NCBI GenBank assembly: GCA_937914675.1
Contig: CALDOC010000326.1
Coordinates: 1 to 49,653 of the forward strand
DNA length: 49,653 bases
From: an uncultured Sulfurimonas sp.
Lineage (GTDB): Bacteria > Campylobacterota > Campylobacteria > Campylobacterales > Sulfurimonadaceae
Reading direction: 5' to 3'
The position numbers were made by a program, and so were the translations under genes. Shown here piece by piece: positions 41,280 to 49,653 of the stretch. Numbering within the stretch: position 1 is the first letter of the stretch; every line of letters starts with the position of its first letter. The notes beneath the pieces were generated by a model that did not search any database, was not told the origin of the DNA, and saw only the letters and a program-made list of their open reading frames with translations.

Positions 41280-43769
41280 TTACACCTTTTCTATCGAAGC
41301 TGAGTTAAAGCGATAAGAGCCAAACAAAGCCTCAGAGTTTAATTTGAGATCAAAAGTAGGGACAAGCGCTATGTCACCCGCTATTTTATTATCACTAACA
41401 ATCGTAGTTATAAGTTCCCCATTTTCAGTTTTTACGCGCACGCTGTCTCCTTCATTTAGATTTGAATTCGCCAAACTAGCCTCGCTCATATAAAGTCCGC
41501 TCACTTCGTCTAAGTTAGTGGCTTTGTTTGTAAACTCGCTAAACTGTCTTACAGGGTTTGCAAGATAAATCACGTTTTCACCTAAACTAAGAGATTCGTC
41601 TATTTTTGTCACGCTTTCATTGCTCGAAATTCTTCTACCCAAGTTTTTCAACTCATAGCCACGAATCTCTTCGCCGGCGTTTGTATAGTAGTTCGGTAGA
41701 GAGTCAAACTTCTCGCTATGGAAACCTTTGGCCGTTGGCAACTCTTGAGTATAGTCTATCGTAAGCTCAGCGTTAAGGCCAAGAGCGTTCGCGACGTCGT
41801 TTAAAACGTAACCGCCGTAACCTATGGCGGCGTTCGTCGGATTGACGCGCTTGTTTATGCTCGTGAGCGTTCCCTCTTGCTGGTTGATGGCGGGCATATC
41901 CAACTCCCCGTCTCCTAGAGCTGAGAGAGTGAAATCGCCTTTAGTATTGTAACCAACGCTAAACTTTCCAGCCTCTAAAGACAACTCGTTGATCAAAGCC
42001 ACTCCAAGAGTGTTTGTGAGAGTTGGAATCATGACAAGCTCAAACGCGCTATATTTTTCTATAAGAGCGACCAAACGCGCTATGTTTTTAGAGTTTGGAT
42101 GCGTGTACAAATCCGGTCCAACGACTAAAGTGAACGAATCTTTCTTGGCTAAAAACTTAGTCAAAGTTTCATCAAAAGTGTCAGCCATTCCAAGAAGAGA
42201 GACAAGTCCGTTTACGTCGACTTCAACTTCCTTACTCACTTTTTTAGGAACCATTTTAGTTTTTTCAACTTCAACTTCTTCTTCAAGACCGGTCTCTTTG
42301 TTAAGTTTTTTCTCCATAACTTTTTCAACCACTTTTTCTTTAATGGTTTCAGTGACGGTAGTGGTCTTCTTAGAGTGAAACGACTCCAAATACTTAACTA
42401 CATCCGATGGAAGTTTTTCTTTATCCGCAAAAAGATCAAGCATAAGATAAAGAACCGTCTCCTCTTGCAATGGTTTGTGGTTCACGGTTAAAATACTCTT
42501 GCCAAGCCCGTCTATAACAGGATCGCTAACTGGATGAAAATAAAGAGCCGCTCCCTTATTTACCGTCAAAGAGTTGTTCAGCGCGTATCTAGCGTTTGGA
42601 TTGTCGGTTTTTATCGCCGTTCCAACGCTAACGATAAAGTTTGAATTGGCCATCGCTTTTAAATCGCTTCCATAGAGACGAGTTCCACTAACGTCGGAAT
42701 AGTCATGTAAAAAAGTTTGGAACGCGCGAGCTTCTTCATTGACAAGTTTGTAGCCAAATTTGTCTTTTAATTTTTCAAGAATAAGCGCTTCTTCGTTCGT
42801 TATCGTAGACGTGAACTTAATCGTGTCCGCTTTTTTGAAAGCTTCGATAGCGGCCTTAAACGCGGCTTCGTCTTTGGTCACGCCGCTGTTCTGATAGTCA
42901 AATCCATAACGACCCGCTCCACAAAGCGAAACGTAATTCCATTCGTTCATAACTCGGTAAATTTTATTTTCAGGATTATCAATACTAGTATGTTTTACGT
43001 CATAAGATATTTGACATCCAGCGCTACAGTGACCACAAGTTGCAGGGATTTTACTCAATTCCCATGCGTTTGATTCATACATAAACTGCGTGTCGACAAG
43101 CGCTCCAACCGGACAAACGGAAGCGCACTCTCCACATGAAGTACAATCAAGAACGTCGGTTCCATTGGTTAGACCAATGACCGACTTGCTAAGTTTGTTC
43201 CACATGGCGTACGCGTCTTTTGGCATGCTGGTTTTGTATCCCGCGTCTAGCGCGTCTCCGCCACGAGCGATCGTTTTAAGAGAGTTGTCGCCAATCATGT
43301 CTTTACAAACGGTAACGCAGCGCTCGCAAACGATGCAGAGACCCGGATCGTAATGCAAATGTCCCCAGTCATGAGAGCTTCTGTCCACGTCTTTAATCAT
43401 GTAACTTTGCGAATCGACTTCAAGTTCCAACGTATAGTTTTGAAGTTCGCACTCCCCCGACTGATCGCAAACGCCACATTGAAGAGGATGATTTACGTCA
43501 TACACTTCCATAATCGCGCGACGCTCTTTCTCTATCGCTTGGGTCGTAGTCGTAACCTTCATGCCGTCTTTAGCTTTGGCGTTGCAAGCGTACACTTGTT
43601 TACCGTCCGCTTCAACAAGACAAATACGACAAGCCAACGTTGGACTACATCTTGTCAAATAACAAATTGCAGGAATATAAATGTCATTAGCGCGAGCCGC
43701 ATTTAGCAAAAATTCACCCTCTTGCGTCTCAATCTCACGTCCATCAATGTTTATACTGATTTTACTCAT
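41280..43769 (-). CDS. nuoG: NADH-quinone oxidoreductase subunit G (Campylobacter-type)
   Basis: [2Fe-2S] CY...C.....CRIC, HPLQCGVCDQSGEC, CIVCERC...C, CTSCGECASVCP, CGHCSAGC...LC; degenerate molybdopterin-fold C-terminus. Confidence 0.9.
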   Translation of the reverse strand: MSKISINIDGREIETQEGEFLLNAARANDIYIPAICYLTRCSPTLACRICLVEADGKQVYACNAKAKDGMKVTTTTQAIEKERRAIMEVYDVNHPLQCGVCDQSGECELQNYTLELEVDSQSYMIKDVDRSSHDWGHLHYDPGLCIVCERCVTVCKDMIGDNSLKTIARGGDALDAGYKTSMPKDAYAMWNKLSKSVIGLTNGTDVLDCTSCGECASVCPVGALVDTQFMYESNAWELSKIPATCGHCSAGCQISYDVKHTSIDNPENKIYRVMNEWNYVSLCGAGRYGFDYQNSGVTKDEAAFKAAIEAFKKADTIKFTSTITNEEALILEKLKDKFGYKLVNEEARAFQTFLHDYSDVSGTRLYGSDLKAMANSNFIVSVGTAIKTDNPNARYALNNSLTVNKGAALYFHPVSDPVIDGLGKSILTVNHKPLQEETVLYLMLDLFADKEKLPSDVVKYLESFHSKKTTTVTETIKEKVVEKVMEKKLNKETGLEEEVEVEKTKMVPKKVSKEVEVDVNGLVSLLGMADTFDETLTKFLAKKDSFTLVVGPDLYTHPNSKNIARLVALIEKYSAFELVMIPTLTNTLGVALINELSLEAGKFSVGYNTKGDFTLSALGDGELDMPAINQQEGTLTSINKRVNPTNAAIGYGGYVLNDVANALGLNAELTIDYTQELPTAKGFHSEKFDSLPNYYTNAGEEIRGYELKNLGRRISSNESVTKIDESLSLGENVIYLANPVRQFSEFTNKATNLDEVSGLYMSEASLANSNLNEGDSVRVKTENGELITTIVSDNKIAGDIALVPTFDLKLNSEALFGSYRFNSASIEKV

Positions 43770-46012
43770 TATACTATTCTCACTATTTTTGATTTTTCAA
43801 ACTTATATCTATTCAAATCTATGTTCATGTCAAACGTAGGATTTAAAGCTATAGTTCCTTTTAACTCGTTATCAAGCTTAAAAGTTCTTTTTATCGTTGT
43901 TGAAGCGAAAGTTATTTCCACTTCGTCGCCGTCGGAAATTCTAGCGGCGGAGGCAAACTGAGCCGAGCCTCTTAAACTGTTATCGCGCTCTAGCTGTTTT
44001 GTAACGTTTGTATAAGCGTTAAACTGTAAAACGGGATTTGAATGATAAATTACTGAGCCGTTAAATTCAGGAAGTTCATCGACCTCGTCTAATTTTCCAT
44101 TCGCTTCACACTCCACTTCGTCTAAAAGATAGCCTCTTTTATCCTCTCCATGAGAAGTTAAAAAATTCTCCAAATCATCAAACGCAAGCGGTTTAAATCC
44201 TGATTTAGCGCTTAACTCTTTAGTGTAATCAATCGTGTTCTCTTTTTTAACGCCCAACTCGTTGGCGACGTCGTTTAAGTTATAACCATCAAAATTAAGC
44301 GCCGCGTTTAAAGGCAACACTTGATTGTCAACGCTCACTACGGTTCCCTCTTGCTGATTTAAGGCGGGAATCGCCAAATCCGCGTCGACGAGCGACGAGA
44401 TAACGAAGTCCCCTTTGGCGTTGTAACCTACGACGTTGTCCATCTCTTCATCCACGTCGACGTCGCAAATCAATGAGACTCCAACCGTATTGACTTGCGT
44501 AGGAATGACAAGAAGAGAAAAAGTTGTGTATTTTTCAATCATCGCCGCCAATTTTGCAACGTTTTGAGCTTTTGCATGAGCGAACATATCGCTTCCGACA
44601 ATCAAAATACGATTGCTGGCTCTTGAAAAGCTTTTACTCATTTGGGCAAATTCTTCTTCGCCAATGTTGCTCTCAGCGGATAAATACCCTAAATCCAAGT
44701 CATTGAAAAACGCTTTTTCGCTTTCGCTCAAATCCGCGTCGCGAAGCAATTCATTTGCCAATAGAGCCATAACTCCCTCTTCCGCTCCCGCTTCATACTT
44801 CATAAGCTGAGTAATGGCGTTTTGCAAAAGGGCGTCTTCGATCGGATGCGCGTAAACTATTTTCGCCCCATTGTGACGAGAGGCCGTGGTAAGAGCGTAT
44901 CTAACCGCGGGATTGTCCGTCGTAACGCGACTTCCAATAATTATAACGGCGTCCGCTTGCTTAACGGCGTCTAAAGATGCGCTGTGATGCAGCTTTGCGC
45001 TTATGGAAGAGTACGCTTTCATAAACGCGCCGTATTGTCTCGCGTCTTCGTTAAAAAGCTTAACTCCAAGTTTTTCTTTTAAGAGTTGCAAAATATGCGC
45101 TTCTTCATTTGTAATCATGGATGAAAAACGTATCGCGCTCGCGTTTTTGATTGCTTCTACCGCGTTGACGAAAGCCGCTTCGCTTTTTGGAGCCTGATTG
45201 TCAAAGTCAAAACCAAAACGTCCCGCTCCGCAAAGCGACGCGTATTCAAAGTTGTTTTTCACTCTATGAATAACGTCGTCAGCGTTTATGCCGTTATGTC
45301 TAGTCTCATACTCTAAAGAACAGCCAGCGGAACAGTGAGCGCATGTCGATGGAACTCGACTCAGTTCCCAAGCGTTCGCGGAGTATTGAAAGTTTGAGCT
45401 TACAAGAGCGCCAACGGGGCAAACCGCTATGCACTCTCCACAAAAAGTACAATCAAGTTTATCTCCATTTTTAGGAATTATGACTGAACTATATCCACCA
45501 AAATAAACCTCTATGGCGTCGTCGCCTATGACCTCGTTGCAAACATGCGTGCATTTTTCACACATGATGCATAGCGCCGGGTCATAATTAATAAGTCCCC
45601 AATGCTCTACTGGACGATGTTGCTCGCGAGTGGAAAAAGTTTGTTTTTCTACCGCGAACTCCAAAGTTTTATTTTGCAAATCACACTCGCCAGACTTGTC
45701 GCAAACGCCGCATTCCAAAGGATGATTGACGTCGTAAAGCTTCATGATGTTTGTTCTTTCTTTCTCTAGTTCCAGCGTATTGGTGGTGATTTCCACGCCC
45801 TCGGTTGGAGGGGTGTTGCAAGACAACACAAAACCTTCGACGCCTTTTGCTTCCACGACGCACATTCTACAAGACGCGCATGGAGTGGTTTTTGAGATGT
45901 AACACATAGTTGGTATGTAGATGTCGTTTTTGCGAGCCACTTGTAAAATAGTCTCGCCTTTTTTTGCGACAACGTCTCTGCCGTCAATTTTAAAATTTAC
46001 TAATTTTTTCAT
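43769..46012 (-). CDS. Second NuoG paralog (SfrA-like Fe-S subunit)
   Basis: Same set of Fe-S motifs as the downstream nuoG (HPLECGVCDKSGEC, CIMCEKC, CTFCGECIAVCP, CAHCSAGC). Start refined to ATG at 46012 with a GGAGG RBS. Confidence 0.85.
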   Translation of the reverse strand: MKKLVNFKIDGRDVVAKKGETILQVARKNDIYIPTMCYISKTTPCASCRMCVVEAKGVEGFVLSCNTPPTEGVEITTNTLELEKERTNIMKLYDVNHPLECGVCDKSGECDLQNKTLEFAVEKQTFSTREQHRPVEHWGLINYDPALCIMCEKCTHVCNEVIGDDAIEVYFGGYSSVIIPKNGDKLDCTFCGECIAVCPVGALVSSNFQYSANAWELSRVPSTCAHCSAGCSLEYETRHNGINADDVIHRVKNNFEYASLCGAGRFGFDFDNQAPKSEAAFVNAVEAIKNASAIRFSSMITNEEAHILQLLKEKLGVKLFNEDARQYGAFMKAYSSISAKLHHSASLDAVKQADAVIIIGSRVTTDNPAVRYALTTASRHNGAKIVYAHPIEDALLQNAITQLMKYEAGAEEGVMALLANELLRDADLSESEKAFFNDLDLGYLSAESNIGEEEFAQMSKSFSRASNRILIVGSDMFAHAKAQNVAKLAAMIEKYTTFSLLVIPTQVNTVGVSLICDVDVDEEMDNVVGYNAKGDFVISSLVDADLAIPALNQQEGTVVSVDNQVLPLNAALNFDGYNLNDVANELGVKKENTIDYTKELSAKSGFKPLAFDDLENFLTSHGEDKRGYLLDEVECEANGKLDEVDELPEFNGSVIYHSNPVLQFNAYTNVTKQLERDNSLRGSAQFASAARISDGDEVEITFASTTIKRTFKLDNELKGTIALNPTFDMNIDLNRYKFEKSKIVRIV

Positions 46013-46022
46013 ATCCGACCTC

Positions 46023-48056
46023 CTATGCCTGAACCATGGCGATGTAATAACAACGCATGCAACGATCGGCTTCACTCATCGCTTCTTCTTGGGTAAAGCC
46101 TAAGTTTACCTCTGCGTTGTTCGTTCGACGATAAGCGATGTCTAAAACCGAACTATGCTCTCGCGCGAGTCCTGGCAACCAGCCCTTGACTTTTTCTTTT
46201 TTGTCATAAACTTTAAGCTTGCGAAGATGATCCGACATTATCTCTTCATCGGACAAAGTAATCTCACCGCTTTGTAAATAACGACTCATCACCGAAGCGC
46301 CGCGTTTGGCTTGTCCAACCGCGTTTACAATCGTCATAGGACCATACTCGCAATCTCCACTCGCGAATACGCCTTTGCGAGACGTCATATAGTCTTTTCC
46401 GTTTGTCTTAATCGTAGACCATGAAGTCATATCTAGTTCCCACTCTGGAGGAAGAAACTTCAAATCGGCGGCTTGCGAAACCGCTGGAATCAGATAATCA
46501 AACTCTATCTCTTCGGACGCGCCTTCGATTTTTACAAGTTCTGGACGACCGCCATCTTTTGCTGGAACCAATTCAAACTTATCTATGACAAGTGATTTTA
46601 AAATATTGTTTTCGTCTTTCATCTCCGCAACGGCGGAATGGAACATAAACTCCACGCCCTCTTCCACGGCTTCGTGATACTCTTCGTACGTCGTGTTGCG
46701 AATGATGGTCTTTTCATCGCGGCGATAAATCATCACGACTCTCTTGGCTCCCGCGCGAATCGAGCAGCGCACAACGTCCATGGAAGTAAATCCACCACCG
46801 ACGCAGGCAACCGTTTTGCCAGTCAAATCGACGAAATCCGCGTCAATCGCGTACTCTTTTTTTTGAGGTTCTGTTAACGTAATGCCAAACTTCACATTAA
46901 GATTTACGCGATCAAGGAAGTCGATCGCTCCCCAATAACCCGTAATTTCAGGTCGTTCGTTGTTGCAATAAACTTTTTTGGAAATGCGAGTTCCCGACGC
47001 TATCATCGTCGCGTCATAATCTTTTTCAAATCTTCTCATGTCATCAACGGAGACTCTGTGGTTCATGATAAAGTTTACGCCCATGTCTCTAACGCACTCT
47101 ATGTCTTGAAGATACTTATCCCAAGGCATACGGTATTCGGGAACGCCAACGGTAACTTCACCGCCAAGAACTGGAAGTTCTTCGTAAACGTCGACTTCCA
47201 CGCCGTCCGCCGCCAAATAATAAGCGGTTGTAAGACCGGCGGGACCAGCTCCGACGACGGCCACTTTTTTACCTGTCGAAGGCGCTTTTTCCATTGGATG
47301 AAAAAAGTCGTACCCATGATCGGTTTCCCAATCAGCGCCAAGACGTTTAAGAGCCATGATTGAAATCGGTTCGTCAAGATTCGTTCTTCTACAAGCGTCT
47401 TCACATGGATGTGGACAAACGCGACCACATGTGTGAGCGAGAGGCATGGTTTGACGCGTCGCTTCAAGAGAATCGTCAAAACGCAAATCTCTAACGCCTT
47501 CAATATAACCGGGAATATCGACTTCAGCGGGACAAGCGTCCGTACATGGCGCCGTTATCTTTGCTATATACCCTATTTTGTCGTCATAATGTTTAGATTT
47601 TTTTTGGTTCGTAATGCAATCTACAAACGTGTCTTCAAAGTGAATCATCAAATCAATGATGGGAGTCGGAACGGTTTTTCCAATCTCACATTTTGAAGTC
47701 ACTTGCATACTTTTACCGATCTCTTTTAAGTGGTCCAAATCAGCTAAAGCGCCTTCGCCGCGAGCAATTTTGTCAAGTTGATCATAAAGTATGCGACCAC
47801 CCCAACGTCCAGGAGCGCATCTTCCACATGCTTCTGAATACTCTTGATATTGCGCGGCGTATTCCATAGCTAAACGAATTACGTCCACGTTTTCATCAAA
47901 TAACGCAACGCCATCCCAGCCTATGAAGGCTTTGGAATCACGGTGGTCATCGTATTGCGCTGGTAGGTTATATGCTGATTCTTCCCACTCTTCTTCTGGT
48001 TTGCCAATATTATTGATTAGCTCTCCATTCCAAGTAGAAAAATAGACTTTGCTCAA
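46023..48056 (-). CDS. SfrB/GltD-like FAD- and Fe-S-dependent NAD(P)H oxidoreductase with an N-terminal NuoF-like domain
   Basis: F.GWDG...CGRCAPG...C (NuoF C-terminal-like); APC...CP...DIP and CGRVCPHPCE..C (GltD Fe-S); GAGPAG (FAD); GGG.T.MD and YRR (NADPH-type site); C-terminal RCMRC. Confidence 0.85.
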   Translation of the reverse strand: MSKVYFSTWNGELINNIGKPEEEWEESAYNLPAQYDDHRDSKAFIGWDGVALFDENVDVIRLAMEYAAQYQEYSEACGRCAPGRWGGRILYDQLDKIARGEGALADLDHLKEIGKSMQVTSKCEIGKTVPTPIIDLMIHFEDTFVDCITNQKKSKHYDDKIGYIAKITAPCTDACPAEVDIPGYIEGVRDLRFDDSLEATRQTMPLAHTCGRVCPHPCEDACRRTNLDEPISIMALKRLGADWETDHGYDFFHPMEKAPSTGKKVAVVGAGPAGLTTAYYLAADGVEVDVYEELPVLGGEVTVGVPEYRMPWDKYLQDIECVRDMGVNFIMNHRVSVDDMRRFEKDYDATMIASGTRISKKVYCNNERPEITGYWGAIDFLDRVNLNVKFGITLTEPQKKEYAIDADFVDLTGKTVACVGGGFTSMDVVRCSIRAGAKRVVMIYRRDEKTIIRNTTYEEYHEAVEEGVEFMFHSAVAEMKDENNILKSLVIDKFELVPAKDGGRPELVKIEGASEEIEFDYLIPAVSQAADLKFLPPEWELDMTSWSTIKTNGKDYMTSRKGVFASGDCEYGPMTIVNAVGQAKRGASVMSRYLQSGEITLSDEEIMSDHLRKLKVYDKKEKVKGWLPGLAREHSSVLDIAYRRTNNAEVNLGFTQEEAMSEADRCMRCYYIAMVQA

Positions 48057-48065
48057 AATAAAATC

Positions 48066-48290
48066 CTAATCTTTTTTTACGACGATAGTCCAGTCGACTT
48101 CGTTAAATTTTAAAGAGTTCATCAACTCATAACCTGATTCTTTTACGACGTCGGCGGAACGCTGAACGGGCGTAAAATCACCAATTTCAAAAAGAAATAT
48201 TGCCACTTCTTTTGCTTTGTGAGTGAGAAGAATTTCTTTCATTCTAGGCTCAAACTCGTCTTTTAAATGTCTTAAATCATAGCGTTTCAT
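48066..48290 (-). CDS. Campylobacterota-type small complex I subunit in the NuoE position (NuoX-like)
   Basis: 74 aa, MKRYDLR...FLFEIGDF...NSLKFN.VDW; no cysteines; follows nuoD. Confidence 0.8.
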   Translation of the reverse strand: MKRYDLRHLKDEFEPRMKEILLTHKAKEVAIFLFEIGDFTPVQRSADVVKESGYELMNSLKFNEVDWTIVVKKD

Positions 48291-49531
48291 TATCTGTCAA
48301 CCTCACCAAAAACAATATTTGTCGTACCAATAATCGAAACGACGTCTGGAATATAGTGACCTGGTAAAAGGTCGGTTAAAATTCCAGTGTGCCAAAAAGA
48401 TGGAGCGCGAAGCTTTAATCTGTATGGATATGGTCCACCCTGAGAATTTATAAAGAAACCTAGTTCACCTTTTGGCGATTCGGTAGCTACGTAAACTTCG
48501 CCAACCGGCGGTCTCATCCCTTGCGTTACAAGCACGAAGTGTTGCATCAAAGAGTAATTTTGAGTCATGATGTCTATCTTAGGAGCGGAAATGTATTTAG
48601 GAGCATGAGCCATTAACGCCGTCTCATCGTTATCGACGCACTTCTCGTACATCTCAATTACTTGATACAAAATCTTTGCGGACTCTCTCATCTCTTCCAT
48701 ATATATGCGGTAACGAGCGAAGTTGTCGCCTTTATCAGAATAAGGAACGTTAAATTCCACTTCGTCATAAAGTTCATACGGCTCTTCTTTACGCAAATCC
48801 CATGCGAAACCCGACGCTCTAAGCATTGGTCCCGTACAACCCCATGAAAGCGCCATCTCTTTAGATATAGTGCCAACTTCTTCCATTCTCATAAGCCAAA
48901 TGCGGTTCGTGTCAAGAAGATCTTCATAATCTTTAATGTTCTGTGGAAGTTTGTTTAGAAAAACTCTCAATTGATGTAAAAATGAATCTTGAATGTCTAA
49001 AGGAACGCCACCGATGCGAATGGCGGCATGCGTAAGTCTAGCTCCGCAATAACCTTCGATAATGTCCATCAAATATTCTCTTTCGCGAAAAGCGTAAAGA
49101 AAAACCGTCATGGCTCCAATGTCCAGCGCTGTCGTAGCCAACCAAAAAAGATGAGACATAAGACGATTAATTTCCAAAAGCAACATACGAATCACTTTCG
49201 AGCGACGAGGAACTTCCAAGCCGATTAGTTTTTCAACCGCAAGAGCGAAGCCGTAATTGTTCGAAGACGACGCTATGTAATCCATACGGTCGGTCGTAGG
49301 CATGAACTCGTTGTAAATCATGTTCTCAGCCATCTTTTCCATACCGCGATGAAGATAACCAACGTCTGGATGCGCTTTTACTATCTGCTCTTGTTGAAGA
49401 TGAAGCATCAAACGCAACTGCCCGTGAGCGGAAGGATGCTGAGGACCGAAGTTGAGAACTAACTCGTTGTCTTCTCTATCAAAAGTAATGTTTTCAAAAA
49501 ATGGAGATAATCTATTTTTTACTTGTGCCAT
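48290..49531 (-). CDS. nuoD: NADH-quinone oxidoreductase subunit D
   Basis: [40 protein letters not shown]. Confidence 0.97.
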   Translation of the reverse strand: MAQVKNRLSPFFENITFDREDNELVLNFGPQHPSAHGQLRLMLHLQQEQIVKAHPDVGYLHRGMEKMAENMIYNEFMPTTDRMDYIASSSNNYGFALAVEKLIGLEVPRRSKVIRMLLLEINRLMSHLFWLATTALDIGAMTVFLYAFREREYLMDIIEGYCGARLTHAAIRIGGVPLDIQDSFLHQLRVFLNKLPQNIKDYEDLLDTNRIWLMRMEEVGTISKEMALSWGCTGPMLRASGFAWDLRKEEPYELYDEVEFNVPYSDKGDNFARYRIYMEEMRESAKILYQVIEMYEKCVDNDETALMAHAPKYISAPKIDIMTQNYSLMQHFVLVTQGMRPPVGEVYVATESPKGELGFFINSQGGPYPYRLKLRAPSFWHTGILTDLLPGHYIPDVVSIIGTTNIVFGEVDR

Positions 49532-49542
49532 ATTTTACCGCC

Positions 49543-49653
49543 TTATCTTTGTGGGTCATCAATAATTTTTGACGACGCTTTATCAAATTTTGTAATCATA
49601 AACACTCCACCCTCTTCTTGGTAGCTCTGCTCTGTTTTTTCCATATCGTCCGT
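49543..49653 (-). CDS. nuoC: NADH-quinone oxidoreductase subunit C, C-terminal fragment (window edge)
   Basis: Open frame TDDMEKTEQSYQEEGGVFMITKFDKASSKIIDDPQR* ending just before nuoD; position and the YQEEGGVF tail fit Campylobacterota NuoC. Confidence 0.7.
   Translation of the reverse strand, partial: TDDMEKTEQSYQEEGGVFMITKFDKASSKIIDDPQR

Noticed and set aside
43769-46075. Second nuoG as an assembly duplication or pseudogene
   Set aside because: The two copies are strongly diverged, both frames are full length and all Fe-S ligand motifs are kept.
46023-48056. Annotation as glutamate synthase small subunit gltD
   Set aside because: No gltB is nearby, there is an extra NuoF-like N-terminal domain, and the gene is embedded in the nuo operon.
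79-49228. Numerous 60-134 aa ORFs antisense to or nested in the long genes
   Set aside because: They are shadows of well-supported genes, mostly with alternative starts, no RBS and no recognisable motifs.
1-49653. CRISPR arrays, tRNA/rRNA genes, IS elements and phase-variable poly-G tracts
   Set aside because: None seen. Intergenic gaps are all short (under about 130 bp), and the long homopolymers noticed are A/T runs in intact frames.

Overview
AT-rich chromosomal window from a Campylobacterota bacterium, probably Sulfurimonas-like, judged from gene content, gene order and protein sequences. Almost every gene is on the minus strand. Left part: housekeeping genes (pheA partial, HAD-IIA hydrolase, lysA, lptF/G, pth, rplY, pilT, tal, an orphan sensor kinase, pabB, pyrB, bioD), the flagellar motor gene pflB (the only plus-strand gene, with a sigma54-type promoter), then the Psd-like gene, ftsH, prmA, cheY, hisA, hisH and pglG. 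Middle (about 20.4-31.4 kb): an apparently accessory block holding a complete Wadjet type I system (jetABCD) and a translationally coupled trio of a DUF2868-like membrane protein, a DUF3482-like GTPase and a PAS histidine kinase. Right part: pflA and a complex I (nuo) operon without canonical NuoE/NuoF. It carries instead a 74-aa NuoX-type subunit, an SfrB/GltD-like NADPH flavoprotein and two full-length NuoG paralogs. The best leads are the uncharacterised membrane protein-GTPase-kinase module beside Wadjet and the putative NADPH-linked, double-NuoG complex I. All family assignments come from motif recognition and recalled homologues; no database search was run.
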